From a virus (taxonomy: Duplodnaviria; Caudoviricetes), in the IMG/VR virus record IMGVR_UViG_3300007363_000060, positions 1 to 33,903 of that record: a DNA stretch of 33,903 bases. One strand, 5' to 3'. Under the pieces are notes generated by a model that saw only the letters and a list, made by a program, of their open reading frames with translations, had not been told where the DNA came from and searched no databases. Numbering within the stretch: position 1 is the stretch's first letter; each line of letters begins with the position of its first letter. Shown here one piece after another: positions 1 through 8,800 of the stretch. A program made the translations under genes and the position numbers.

Positions 1-204
1 CATATCTTTCAGCGCCTCGGTAACTGTCCTTGAGTCGTCCGATTTCTGCTGAAGTAGCGATTTGGTTTCAACGAGGCGATCTTCGTAGGAGGAGATCAGG
101 GCCCGAGCGAGCGTCCACACAGCCAGCGCCAGCACGATCAAAATCACGCCATAAGCGCCCCACTGGGCGATGACGGGCGCGGTCAATGTGGCGTCCGGGT
201 TCAT
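1..204 (-). CDS. Putative holin-like membrane protein, runs off the window edge (partial)
   Basis: Translated by hand from ATG at 204: MNPDATLTAPVIAQWGAYGVILIVLALAVWTLARALISSYEDRLVETKSLLQQKSDDSRTVTEALKDM... One TM helix then a coiled coil; located after the tail fibre genes. Not in the ORF track. Confidence 0.55.
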   Translation of the reverse strand, partial: MNPDATLTAPVIAQWGAYGVILIVLALAVWTLARALISSYEDRLVETKSLLQQKSDDSRTVTEALKDM

Positions 205-323
205 GGACTTTCGCCCGCTTTCCTGCCTACGCTCATATCAGCCTCCGTGCGGGTCTTGGTCCGCGTTGGGGTCAGGGCCTCCGGCCTAGGTGGCACTGGG
301 TCGGGGTCCGCTTGCTTGCTCAT
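201..323 (-). CDS. Small hypothetical protein (40 aa)
   Basis: ATG at 323 (MSKQADPDPVPPRPE...) just after the stop of the upstream gene; ATGA overlap with the holin-like start; GGAAG upstream. Confidence 0.35.
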   Translation of the reverse strand: MSKQADPDPVPPRPEALTPTRTKTRTEADMSVGRKAGESP

Positions 324-334
324 ACTTCCGTTAC

Positions 335-2833
335 TCACGGCCTCGCGTACTTGTAGGGATGCGTCGCCGGCAACAGGCCGGTCAGGCCGCAATCCCAGGC
401 AATCCAGCCCTCAAGCTGCTGGCGCTGGGTCGTGGTCAGGGCCGTCGTGACGAACACATGGCGCGCCATGCCCTTCCAGAAGTTGGCGGCCGTCGTCGCC
501 GTGCTGGCGCCGATGCGGATACGGGTTGCCGTCGTGTTGAGCGTGGCGCCCGTCGTCGGTGTGCCCACGGTGCCGTTTGCCGCCAGCGTGTAGGTCGTCG
601 CCGCGAAGTCGAGACTGACGATGGCCTCATTCAGCCAGTTGAGCAGGGTTCCGCCAGAGGTCTGCGTCGTGCCGTCGCCGCCGACCGCCGTGTCCGCCGT
701 GTTTTTGCCGACACGGCGCTGCGAGCCGCCCGCCGTGCCGCCATAGGCGATGATGAACCGGCTGTTGGCGTCTGCGGTGCCGGCGCCGGAGCCCGCCACC
801 ATGATCGTTCCGGGCGTGGTGCTCACCGGGATCGAGCCGAAGGACGTGCCGGTCAGGCAGTTGGCCGTGCCGTTGAACGTGAGGGCCGCGCAGGACGCGC
901 CGGAGGCGTTGAACGAGGTTGCGCTCCAGGTCGGCCGGGCCGTGGTCGAGCCCGTGAGCGAGACGCCGCCGATGCGGTCCACCCATGCCGAGATCAGGCC
1001 GGACCCGTCATCGGTCATATTGGACGTGCCATGGTCGTCGGCGTTCCACCACGCCACCAGCGCGGCGCCGAGATCGGTCGGCTGGAAATTGCCATCGACC
1101 GGCTGGCTGGTGATCGGCGACGGCGCGACGCCCGGCAGGATATAGGCCACGGACGGGCCGCCCGTGCCGCGATTGTCGCCCCAGTATTTATCCGCGTCGT
1201 TACCGGGCCGCCAGAAGAACGGAACGATGGCGTTCACCGCGCCATTGGACGGCAGGTTGACCGCCGCCAGGGTGGAGGAGTTGTAAACCTCGTCGCGGCG
1301 GGCCGACACGCTCCAGTCGATGTAGTCGCGGGCCATCCAGAACTCACGCAGCCAGCCGAGGAACGGCGCGCGGCGCGTCATGGTCTGTGCGCCGATGATC
1401 AGGCGCTTGGAGTAATTGACCGTCCCGCCCGATGTCAGAGTCTTGGTCGCGCTCAGAACGTCGGTTCCGTTTACCGTCATGGTGGCGGTCGGCGTTCCGG
1501 CGTTGATGTCGAAGGAGATCGCCACCCACACCAGCCCGGCCGCCTCATTGACAAGCCCTGCCCCCGAGGCGTTGGACGTGAGCGAAACGACGGTCGTGCC
1601 GGACGGGTTCTTGCCCGTGAGCCGGATCGTGTTCGAGGTCGTGCGCTCAATCGTGACCTTGCCGGCATCCTCGTTGCCGAGGATGAACATCGACGTTCCG
1701 TCCGTGCCCGGCGCCATGCGAACCCCGAAGATGAACGAGCCCTTCTGAGCATCAACGCTCGTCGGGCTGTCCGGCATGGTGATCGCCTGCTTGCCGAAGA
1801 AGAACGTATCGGTGCAGGACGTATCGGACGCGCCGATGTAGAGATCCAGCCGGCAGCGGTTCCGGACCGTGCCTTTTTTGACTTCAACGATAGCCGTCAC
1901 GATGCCGAGATTCGCGCCGGTCGTGTTGGTGATCTCGCCGGTCGAGGAATTGACGGCCAGATTTACGGTATCGCCGCCAACCAGCGCGAACGTGTTGCCC
2001 GATCCCAGATAGGGCGTGTCGAAAACCTTGCCGTTCAAGGTGCGCGCCGTCGCGGCGTCGGTGCCGGTGATATACCGCTTCAGATAGGGAGGCGCCCAGC
2101 CGCCGCCGGTTTCCTGCCCCTCCAGCCAGTGCCAGGCGTCATCGTGCGAAATCGCCTTGTTGCCAAGCGGGCCGAAGTGCAGCGAGTTGACGGTGCTGTT
2201 GTTCAGGCGGCGGCACTGCGCCGGGGGCACCAGATCGCCGAGGTTCTCACGGTCCAGGCTGCCGAAAGCCGGGTACAGCGAGGCGCGGTAGTTCCAATCG
2301 ATGACGTTGTTCGGGTAGAGCCGCATCAGCTCGCGGCGGACCCATTCCGACATGGCCCAGCCGGCGATGCCGGCCGGCTCGACATCGGCGTTTGGCTCGG
2401 CAGAGACGAAGTATTGCCCCGAGGTCACGGCGCCGATCGCGCGGGCGACCTGAGTCAGGATCGAGGCCGACGTGCCGCCGACACCGATAGCCGATGTGAT
2501 GGCGTTTCGCATGCAGCCGATGCCGACATAGCCCGCTACCTGCTGCGCTCGCGTGAGGCCCGCACCCGTGTCGTAGATCGTGGTATCGGTGTTCGTGACG
2601 CGGTCCGCGACCTGGGTCGGCGTGTCGCCGCCATGGCCCTCGTTGGCGACGGTGCCGCTCACGAAGGGCTCGAGCAAAGCCGGAAACGAGTTGGCCGTGC
2701 CTGAGATGTTGCCCGCCGTCATCGAGTTGCCGAAGAACGTCACCGGCTTCGACAGCGTCAGCACGTAGGGTGGCGACTTCGGCCGCTTCGGCGTCCGGTC
2801 TCGCGCCCTGCGGAGGGCGTAGGGCAGACCCAC
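335..2833 (-). CDS. Multidomain tail/receptor-binding protein: SGNH-like esterase, Ig/cadherin-like linker, two ConA/LamG-like domains
   Basis: SGNH-like blocks FFGNSMT, EGHGG, GCMRNA and NSLHFG; FALVGG..LAVNSSTGEI cadherin-like strand; two Thr/Gly-rich beta-sandwich regions; C-terminal LEGWIAWDCGL..LLPATHPYK motif that I recall from phage LamG proteins. Confidence 0.6.
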   Translation of the reverse strand: MGLPYALRRARDRTPKRPKSPPYVLTLSKPVTFFGNSMTAGNISGTANSFPALLEPFVSGTVANEGHGGDTPTQVADRVTNTDTTIYDTGAGLTRAQQVAGYVGIGCMRNAITSAIGVGGTSASILTQVARAIGAVTSGQYFVSAEPNADVEPAGIAGWAMSEWVRRELMRLYPNNVIDWNYRASLYPAFGSLDRENLGDLVPPAQCRRLNNSTVNSLHFGPLGNKAISHDDAWHWLEGQETGGGWAPPYLKRYITGTDAATARTLNGKVFDTPYLGSGNTFALVGGDTVNLAVNSSTGEITNTTGANLGIVTAIVEVKKGTVRNRCRLDLYIGASDTSCTDTFFFGKQAITMPDSPTSVDAQKGSFIFGVRMAPGTDGTSMFILGNEDAGKVTIERTTSNTIRLTGKNPSGTTVVSLTSNASGAGLVNEAAGLVWVAISFDINAGTPTATMTVNGTDVLSATKTLTSGGTVNYSKRLIIGAQTMTRRAPFLGWLREFWMARDYIDWSVSARRDEVYNSSTLAAVNLPSNGAVNAIVPFFWRPGNDADKYWGDNRGTGGPSVAYILPGVAPSPITSQPVDGNFQPTDLGAALVAWWNADDHGTSNMTDDGSGLISAWVDRIGGVSLTGSTTARPTWSATSFNASGASCAALTFNGTANCLTGTSFGSIPVSTTPGTIMVAGSGAGTADANSRFIIAYGGTAGGSQRRVGKNTADTAVGGDGTTQTSGGTLLNWLNEAIVSLDFAATTYTLAANGTVGTPTTGATLNTTATRIRIGASTATTAANFWKGMARHVFVTTALTTTQRQQLEGWIAWDCGLTGLLPATHPYKYARP

Positions 2834-2837
2834 GGGA

Positions 2838-3557
2838 TCAGCCCTTGTAGACCGTCAAGACGAGATCGCCGCCGCTGGCCGACTGCGTGCTGCCCGACGT
2901 GCCGCCCCGGAACTTCACATAGTTGCAGGTATCGAATACGCGCGCCGGCAGAGGCACCGACAGCGACGCCACGACATCGACATACCATTCCGACCCGTCT
3001 TCATCGGCAACCGGAGTGAAGGTGCCGCCCGAGGTGTTGCACTCTGCGGCAGAAAGGCGGGTGATGCCGCGCATATTCGACGGCAGGACCAGCCGGCGGG
3101 CGCGGGTGGCGGGCGTGCTGCAATCAACGGCGTCCGACAGACTGGCCGTGCTGGCAATTGTTGCCGTCGCCGTTCCAATTGCAGAACCAGAGACAACGAC
3201 CGGACCGGACTGGGTATCATCCACACCGTCTGTCAGCGTGATTGCTGCATTGATCGGTCCGCTGGTAAAAGCCGAGCAGCGCACGCGGAAATTTGTGCTT
3301 CCACCGCAAACAAACTTCCATTGCCCCGTCGCGGATGCCGACGTGACCCCCGGTCCGCCTCCAACCGGATAAACCGTCTTGGATATCCAGGTCGTGCCGC
3401 TGTCCAGCGTTTCTTCAAACTGGACAGTCCCGGTGAACGTGCCGGTGATCTGCACCCCGCCGCCTCGCTTGCGGCCAACTGCACACTCAAGAATGCCTGT
3501 GGAAACAGTTGCGCCAGTGGTCGTAATCGACAGACTGGTCTTGTATGCGTCGTTCAT
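2838..3557 (-). CDS. Virion structural protein, probably two tandem small beta-sandwich domains
   Basis: 239 aa, Thr/Gly/Ser-rich; VQITGTFTGTVQFEETLDSGTTW...FRVR first half and ATATIA...GGTF.PV.D...YVKF second half; SD GAAGGTGA; lies in the tail module. Confidence 0.55.
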   Translation of the reverse strand: MNDAYKTSLSITTTGATVSTGILECAVGRKRGGGVQITGTFTGTVQFEETLDSGTTWISKTVYPVGGGPGVTSASATGQWKFVCGGSTNFRVRCSAFTSGPINAAITLTDGVDDTQSGPVVVSGSAIGTATATIASTASLSDAVDCSTPATRARRLVLPSNMRGITRLSAAECNTSGGTFTPVADEDGSEWYVDVVASLSVPLPARVFDTCNYVKFRGGTSGSTQSASGGDLVLTVYKG

Positions 3558-3597
3558 GCTTCACCTTCGAGACAAGGCCCGATTGCCTGAAGGTGAA

Positions 3598-3643
3598 ATT
3601 CTATTAACGAGGTCGGGAACCGCCCCGATGTGGCGATTACTTG
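3598..3643 (-). promoter_or_regulatory. Putative late promoter copy 1: upstream box (3623-3643) plus -10 TAGAAT (3598-3603)
   Basis: Minus strand CAAGTAATCGCCACATCGGGG-N19-TAGAAT; identical box and identical spacing at 5137-5182. Confidence 0.7.
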
Positions 3644-3644
3644 G

Positions 3645-5105
3645 CTACCAGCCTCGGGAGGCCGTGCCCTTGTATTTCCAGCGGGCAGCGGTAAGGGCGA
3701 CGTTGCCGCCGGTGGTGGCGTTCGACGCGATGAAGGCAGCATCGACGGCGCTGAAGGTGTGCATGGCGTTGCGCGTCGCAGCCAGAGGATGCGGGTGATA
3801 GACGCCGGACGAAGCGGAAGTCAGCGTCTGCCCGACCATCGAAATCTGCTCCCCGACCAGAAATCCGTTGTCGTTGGTCGTGCATTCAAGAATCACGTCC
3901 TTGATCTTCGGGATGACGCCGAGATTGTGCGACCACGAGGCGGCCGTAGAGGTAGACCACAAGGTCGAGGTGAACGCGCCCTCGTACCGCCCGTTGTAGG
4001 CATAGGCGACCGTGCTGATGACGTTGGACCCGTCCGTCGCGGCCTCGCCGAACACCACCAGATTCGTCTGCACAGCCGCCGAGCCGTTGCCGAGATAGGC
4101 CCTCATCTCCGAGATGTTGAACGTGATCTGCCCGCTGGTGACGGCGGGCGTGCCGCCCCACTGGTAGACCGGCGCCAGGATCGTGGAGGCGGGCGTGATC
4201 ACTCCGCCGGAGATCGTGCCGTACAGGAAATTGGGGGTGGCTGCCGCTCGCGAGGCCGTCAGGCCGGACCATGTGATATTGGCCGTGCTGTAGCCGTGCG
4301 TGTCCTGCGGGTTGCCCGTCGTGGACGACCAGCCGCCCGCCGCCGTGGCGACCAGCGGGTAAGTCGATGAGACGTTCTGCGTCGTGACCGTGAGGCCCGT
4401 GGCCGTGCTGGGCAGGAAGGACGGCAGGCCCGCCGTGTCCACCGGGCCGGCGGATACCGTCTGCCGCACCGCATCGCTGCGGCCGATGGCGGCAATGGCC
4501 GTCCCCACAAAAGCCGTGGTCGCCGGAGCCGTGGTGCTGTCGCCCGCCGATTTGGTGGGCACTACCGGCGAGACGGCGAACGTCTCGATACCCGCGTGCG
4601 TGTTCGCCCCGGTAAAGGCCTTGACGCCGCCGACCGTCTCATCCCCCGTCAACCCGACCGCGCCCAGCGTGGTCCGGGCCGCCGCCGCCGTCGTGTCATC
4701 CAGAAGGGTCTGGGCAAAAGCCGAGGCGTAAAACAGCGCCGCCGTGCCGACGACAGAAAAGGACAGGCTGGTCGAGCCGATGGAGGGTGACGAAGTGGTA
4801 AGCTGATAAATCGTGTTCCCGCTCACGGAGCCAGAGAGGATCAGGACCAGCGTGCCCTGCACGACGTCGCGCGGCCCGTCGCAATCGACGGCGCGGACCC
4901 AGTCCCCAGTATCGGCAACATAGATCCCGTTCTCGATGCCGGATGCCTGATCCTTGACCAGCACCCGGTCATCGGCAGCCAGAGCCACGCCGTCGATGGT
5001 CTGCAGCCCGGACAGGGTGATTGCAGCCGTCGTGGCTACCCGGCAGGGCAGCTTGAAGGCCGCGCTTCCTGATACGCCCCGGCGCCGGTCGGTCCCTTCC
5101 GTCAT
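3645..5105 (-). CDS. Tail fibre protein (486 aa; start refined to ATG 5105)
   Basis: N-terminal CRVATTAAITLSGLQTIDGV...DRVLVKDQ...ENGIYV attachment-type domain; fibre motifs SAFAQTLLDDTTAAAARTTLG, GDETVGGVKAF and PTKSAGDSTTAPATTAFV; SD GAGGA 5 nt before ATG 5105. Confidence 0.75.
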   Translation of the reverse strand: MTEGTDRRRGVSGSAAFKLPCRVATTAAITLSGLQTIDGVALAADDRVLVKDQASGIENGIYVADTGDWVRAVDCDGPRDVVQGTLVLILSGSVSGNTIYQLTTSSPSIGSTSLSFSVVGTAALFYASAFAQTLLDDTTAAAARTTLGAVGLTGDETVGGVKAFTGANTHAGIETFAVSPVVPTKSAGDSTTAPATTAFVGTAIAAIGRSDAVRQTVSAGPVDTAGLPSFLPSTATGLTVTTQNVSSTYPLVATAAGGWSSTTGNPQDTHGYSTANITWSGLTASRAAATPNFLYGTISGGVITPASTILAPVYQWGGTPAVTSGQITFNISEMRAYLGNGSAAVQTNLVVFGEAATDGSNVISTVAYAYNGRYEGAFTSTLWSTSTAASWSHNLGVIPKIKDVILECTTNDNGFLVGEQISMVGQTLTSASSGVYHPHPLAATRNAMHTFSAVDAAFIASNATTGGNVALTAARWKYKGTASRGW

Positions 5106-5136
5106 TCCAGTCCTCAAACACAAAGCAGGTGCGAGG

Positions 5137-5182
5137 ATTGTAAAAGACGGACGGGCGTAGCCCCCGATGTGGCGATTACTTG
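5137..5182 (-). promoter_or_regulatory. Putative late promoter copy 2: upstream box (5162-5182) plus -10 TACAAT (5137-5142)
   Basis: Minus strand CAAGTAATCGCCACATCGGGG-N19-TACAAT, upstream of the tail fibre gene. Confidence 0.7.
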
Positions 5183-5209
5183 CAAATCAGGGCTGGAATG
5201 GCCTAGCCT
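5180..5209 (+). promoter_or_regulatory. Possible sigma70-type promoter for the lipoprotein gene
   Basis: TTGCAA(5180-5185)-N18-TAGCCT(5204-5209), followed by SD GAGAGGA before ATG 5237. Confidence 0.4.
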
Positions 5210-5236
5210 CCGGGCGGGGCGCAGAGAGGACGAACA

Positions 5237-5827
5237 ATGACCCGGATTTTCGCCTGCTTGGGATCACTCCTGCTTGGGGGATGCCTATCGACGGCAGCCC
5301 AGACAGAAGGCAAGCGGATCAACGACGCGATGGCCGAGGGCTCCGCCGCTCGCCGCGCCTGCGTTGCCCAGCTTGAACAAAGCCCTTCAGGACTGAGCCT
5401 GTCGGCCAAACTGGTGATGACGGTCGAAAACAAGGCCAACCCCCAGAAGGCCACCCCCGAGGACGTGGCAAACATCAAGGCGCTGACGCCCTATGTGAAC
5501 CGCTGCCGGGAAATCGAGCTTGCCTCCGCCCGCCAGGCCAGCCCCAGCGCCGCCGCTATCTACTCCGCATCCTTCGCCAAGCTGGACAACAACACCGCCC
5601 GACTGATCAGTCGTCAGATCACATGGGGCGAATACAACATTGAGCGCAGCAACATCGCCGCCGAGCGATCCAGCCAGATGGCTGCGGAAATGGCTTCTAT
5701 CAGCCGCGACCTCACCACGGCCCACCGAGCCGAGATGCAAAGGATACGATCCGCCACCGCCGCCAGCACACCACAGATAACGAACTGCACCAACTCAGGC
5801 GGTTACATCAACTGCATCAGTTACTGA
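5237..5827 (+). CDS. Lipoprotein moron (candidate superinfection-exclusion or accessory protein)
   Basis: Only convincing plus-strand gene. MTRIFACLGSLLLGG|C lipobox at residue 16; helical body; C-terminal TNCTNSGGYINC Cys pair; good SD. Confidence 0.7.
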   Translation: MTRIFACLGSLLLGGCLSTAAQTEGKRINDAMAEGSAARRACVAQLEQSPSGLSLSAKLVMTVENKANPQKATPEDVANIKALTPYVNRCREIELASARQASPSAAAIYSASFAKLDNNTARLISRQITWGEYNIERSNIAAERSSQMAAEMASISRDLTTAHRAEMQRIRSATAASTPQITNCTNSGGYINCISY

Positions 5828-5832
5828 CCGCC

Positions 5833-8800
5833 CTATTTCTTCTTGGGCGGCCCGATCGTAAGGCCACGCACCCAGTCCCACAGGTCCTCCGGGTCTTCGA
5901 CGCCAGTCGAGGCGTCCAGAATGTATTGCAGGGTTAGGCCCGGCTGGCCGAGCGGGAGGCCCATGACGCCGCCCATCGTGTTGAACAGGTTCTTCAGGGC
6001 CGTCTTGGACGGCTCCTCGCCCTGCACAATCTTCGTGGCATCCTTCCCGAGGTGCATCAGGTTCTCGAAGATGCCGGCAATGGGGGTCAATTGCACCCCA
6101 TTCGAGAACTTGCCCTCAACCAAATTCTTCGTGGCGTTAGCTGCGTCCCGTAAAAGCGGCACACCCTGAAACGCACCAAAGCCCACGTTGCGCGCGGCCC
6201 ACAGCAGCCAATCCTCGTCATCCTCCGGCCCCTTGTCGACCACCAGCGCCGACAGAAGCGGCGGAATGACCATCAGGTACAGGAACTGGTGCATCAGGGT
6301 CGCGAACTTCTTGGCCGTCATCTTGCCATAGCGGGCGTCCGTCCATAGGCCAAGCTGGGCGTTGTAGAGGACGTTGGCATAGCTGCCGAACATGGTGAAC
6401 AGCTTCCACGCCTCGTTGCCGTTCTGAAGCGACGACATATCCTTGTTGCCGCCAGCGCCCTGCGTGTCGCGGACCATCTTGTCGGCGTAGTAGATGGCCT
6501 CCTGCTCGGTCATCTTCTGGCCCAGCCCCTGATGATAGGCGCCGAGCCACGTCGGGAGCGTCACCGCCATGTCGAACAAGGCGATGCCCTTGAAGGCGAA
6601 CCGGGCCACAGACGGGCGGATGCCTTCCTTCCCCGTGAAGCGCTTCATGTTGGCGCGCATGTCGCGGTCGATACCGTTCATGCGATGCCGCATCTCGCCG
6701 GACTTGGCGAAGACCGTCTCCGCCATGCCCTTGGGATTGCTGGCGAACAGCCGGAATCCGTTTGCCATCGCCGCCTCTCCAAGCCGCTGGATCGAGTTGG
6801 AATAGCCGACCGTCTGCTGCAGCATGGTCGAGACGCGAAGGCCCATGCCAACGATGCTGACGTTGAGCCGCATGGTCCGTAGCACCGATTCGACGCCGGA
6901 CAGGCCGACCTTGTCCTGCACGCCCTCGTTGGCGATCCGCTGGAGCCACGTCAGGATCTGGCCCTCGTATTCCGGGCCCACCGCCGACTGGACAGCCCCC
7001 CGGAACCGATCGCTGGTGATGATCTTGTACGTCTGCATCACCGCCTTGCGATAGGCGATGTCCTGCGTGACCTCGTTGATGTGGTTGTGGATCACGTTCA
7101 GGGATAGCAGGACCGGGGCGTTGAAATTCTCGACGCGCTCATTGGTCGAGCCCGCCCGGGTGCTGGGCTTGGCGCGTCCAGGGGCAAACAGTTCGCCAAC
7201 CGCCGCGGTCGTCTCGCGGATGCGGGCGATCTTGTCGGCTTTGAAGCTGGCGTGCCGGTTGTACTCCATCGGGTAGTAGCCGCCCCGCAGGGTGCCGAAC
7301 CGGGTCTGTACCGGGGTGGCCTCGACCTTCTTTGGGGCGAACCCATTGACCTCCTTCTCCAGCGCCTCGATCTGCGGCCAGTAGCTGTCGATGTGGTCCC
7401 AGATATCCTGAACGAAGGTCCACTCCTCCTGCGTCAGGTGCTTGTCCAAGAGTGCCGTGACGCCGACCTGCGACCACTTCCGGCCCTGCAGCAGCTTCTC
7501 AAGGTTGCTCGCGTTGCCCGTGTTCAGGGCGATGGCGATGATCTGTTCCTTGGTCAGTGTGAGCCCGGCCTGCACCTCGGGAACGCTGTGGCGAGTGGCC
7601 CACGCCTTGCGCTGCTCCTTCGGCACCTTGTCGTAAATCGCCTTGATGGCCTTGTTGGCGGCCACCTTCAGGTCGTAGTCGACCGTCTGGGCGTCCGCGA
7701 TGGGCTTGAACAGGGCGCGGGAGAAGATGCCCCGGCCGGTCTTGTCGCCGTCCAGTATCTCGAACAGGCGCTCCATCTTGATCAGCGACGAGCGGAGGTC
7801 TGTGAAGTTGTGGCGCAGATCGCCAAGCTGCTCCTGCAAAAGCGATTCGCCCTCGCGGAACTGCGACACGCCGCGCTGCACCAGCTTTTCGGCACTCGCC
7901 TCCATCTCGGTCAGCAGGTTGTCGAGGTCGCGCTTCTGGCCGTTGACGATCAGCTCCTTCTTGAGACGGCCAAGGTGCGCCATCTGGGCAATGGAGTCGT
8001 GCAAGCCCCGGATTTCATCGACCGTCATCTGGGAGAAGTGCTTGCGCTGCGCTCCCTTCAGGCGGGGCGGCTCGACCACGACGTGACCGGCCTTCTCCTG
8101 CTCGGCCGCCCATGCGTTGAACAGCGTCCGCTCGGCCAGCAGCTTGCCGGAGCGCTTCTTGAAGTCAAACTCCTCCAGCACCTCATGGATGGCATCCAGC
8201 GTGGCCTGCTCCATGTTGGGGATGGTCCGGGCGCTGGCGTAGCGGTCGGCCAGTTTCCGCGCCTTCTCGGTGTCGTCGGCCGCCTTCTTCGCCTCCTGAT
8301 AGAGTGCGAAGTTGACGAGTTGGTCCTGCTTCGCCTTGAAGGCGGCCATGAAGTCGCCCTTCACCAGCGCCCGCTGGACACGCTGCCCGGCCACGCGCTC
8401 CGCCTGCTGGTACTTGGCGAACTGCGTGCCCTGATAAGTGGACATCTCCCCGATGGCCTTGGCCGCCCAGTCCTTGATGTTCTCCAGGCTGATGACGCCG
8501 GAGTGCCCGGCCTTGCGGGCCAGCACCTTCACCTCGCTCGCCATGAGCGCGCCCTGCTTGTCCGAATGGACCGCGGCCATGGCTTCGGCTTCAATCGATC
8601 CGTCGTTGAGCGGGTCCCCCATGGCTTCCGTCAGCCGGCGCTGCGTCTCCTCCGCGATCCGGACATTGACGACGGAGCGGTTGTCGCCCTTCGCCCGCAT
8701 GGCTTCCTGCTCGGCCTGAATCTGCAACAGGCGGTCCGTCAATTCCGTGCCGTTGCCAAGGCCGAATGTCTGAGCGACGTCGTCGGGAGACAGGCCGTCC

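Noticed and set aside
290-2704. 804-aa plus-strand ORF (and similar long plus-strand ORFs at 7252-9378, 9979-11385, 15804-16847, 17315-18676, 21103-22212, 27027-28961)
   Set aside because: Antisense shadows of GC-rich minus-strand genes: Arg/Gly-rich, no recognisable motifs, fully overlapped by genes with clear phage signatures.
335-5105. Diversity-generating retroelement, as in BPP-1-like phages
   Set aside because: No reverse transcriptase and no TR/VR pair differing at adenines seen in this window; one could still lie outside it.
3623-5182. 21-bp repeat read as an invertase site, att site or CRISPR repeat
   Set aside because: Direct orientation, only two exact copies 1.5 kb apart, no recombinase or cas gene here; the fixed spacing to -10 elements and the third copy at terS fit a promoter better.
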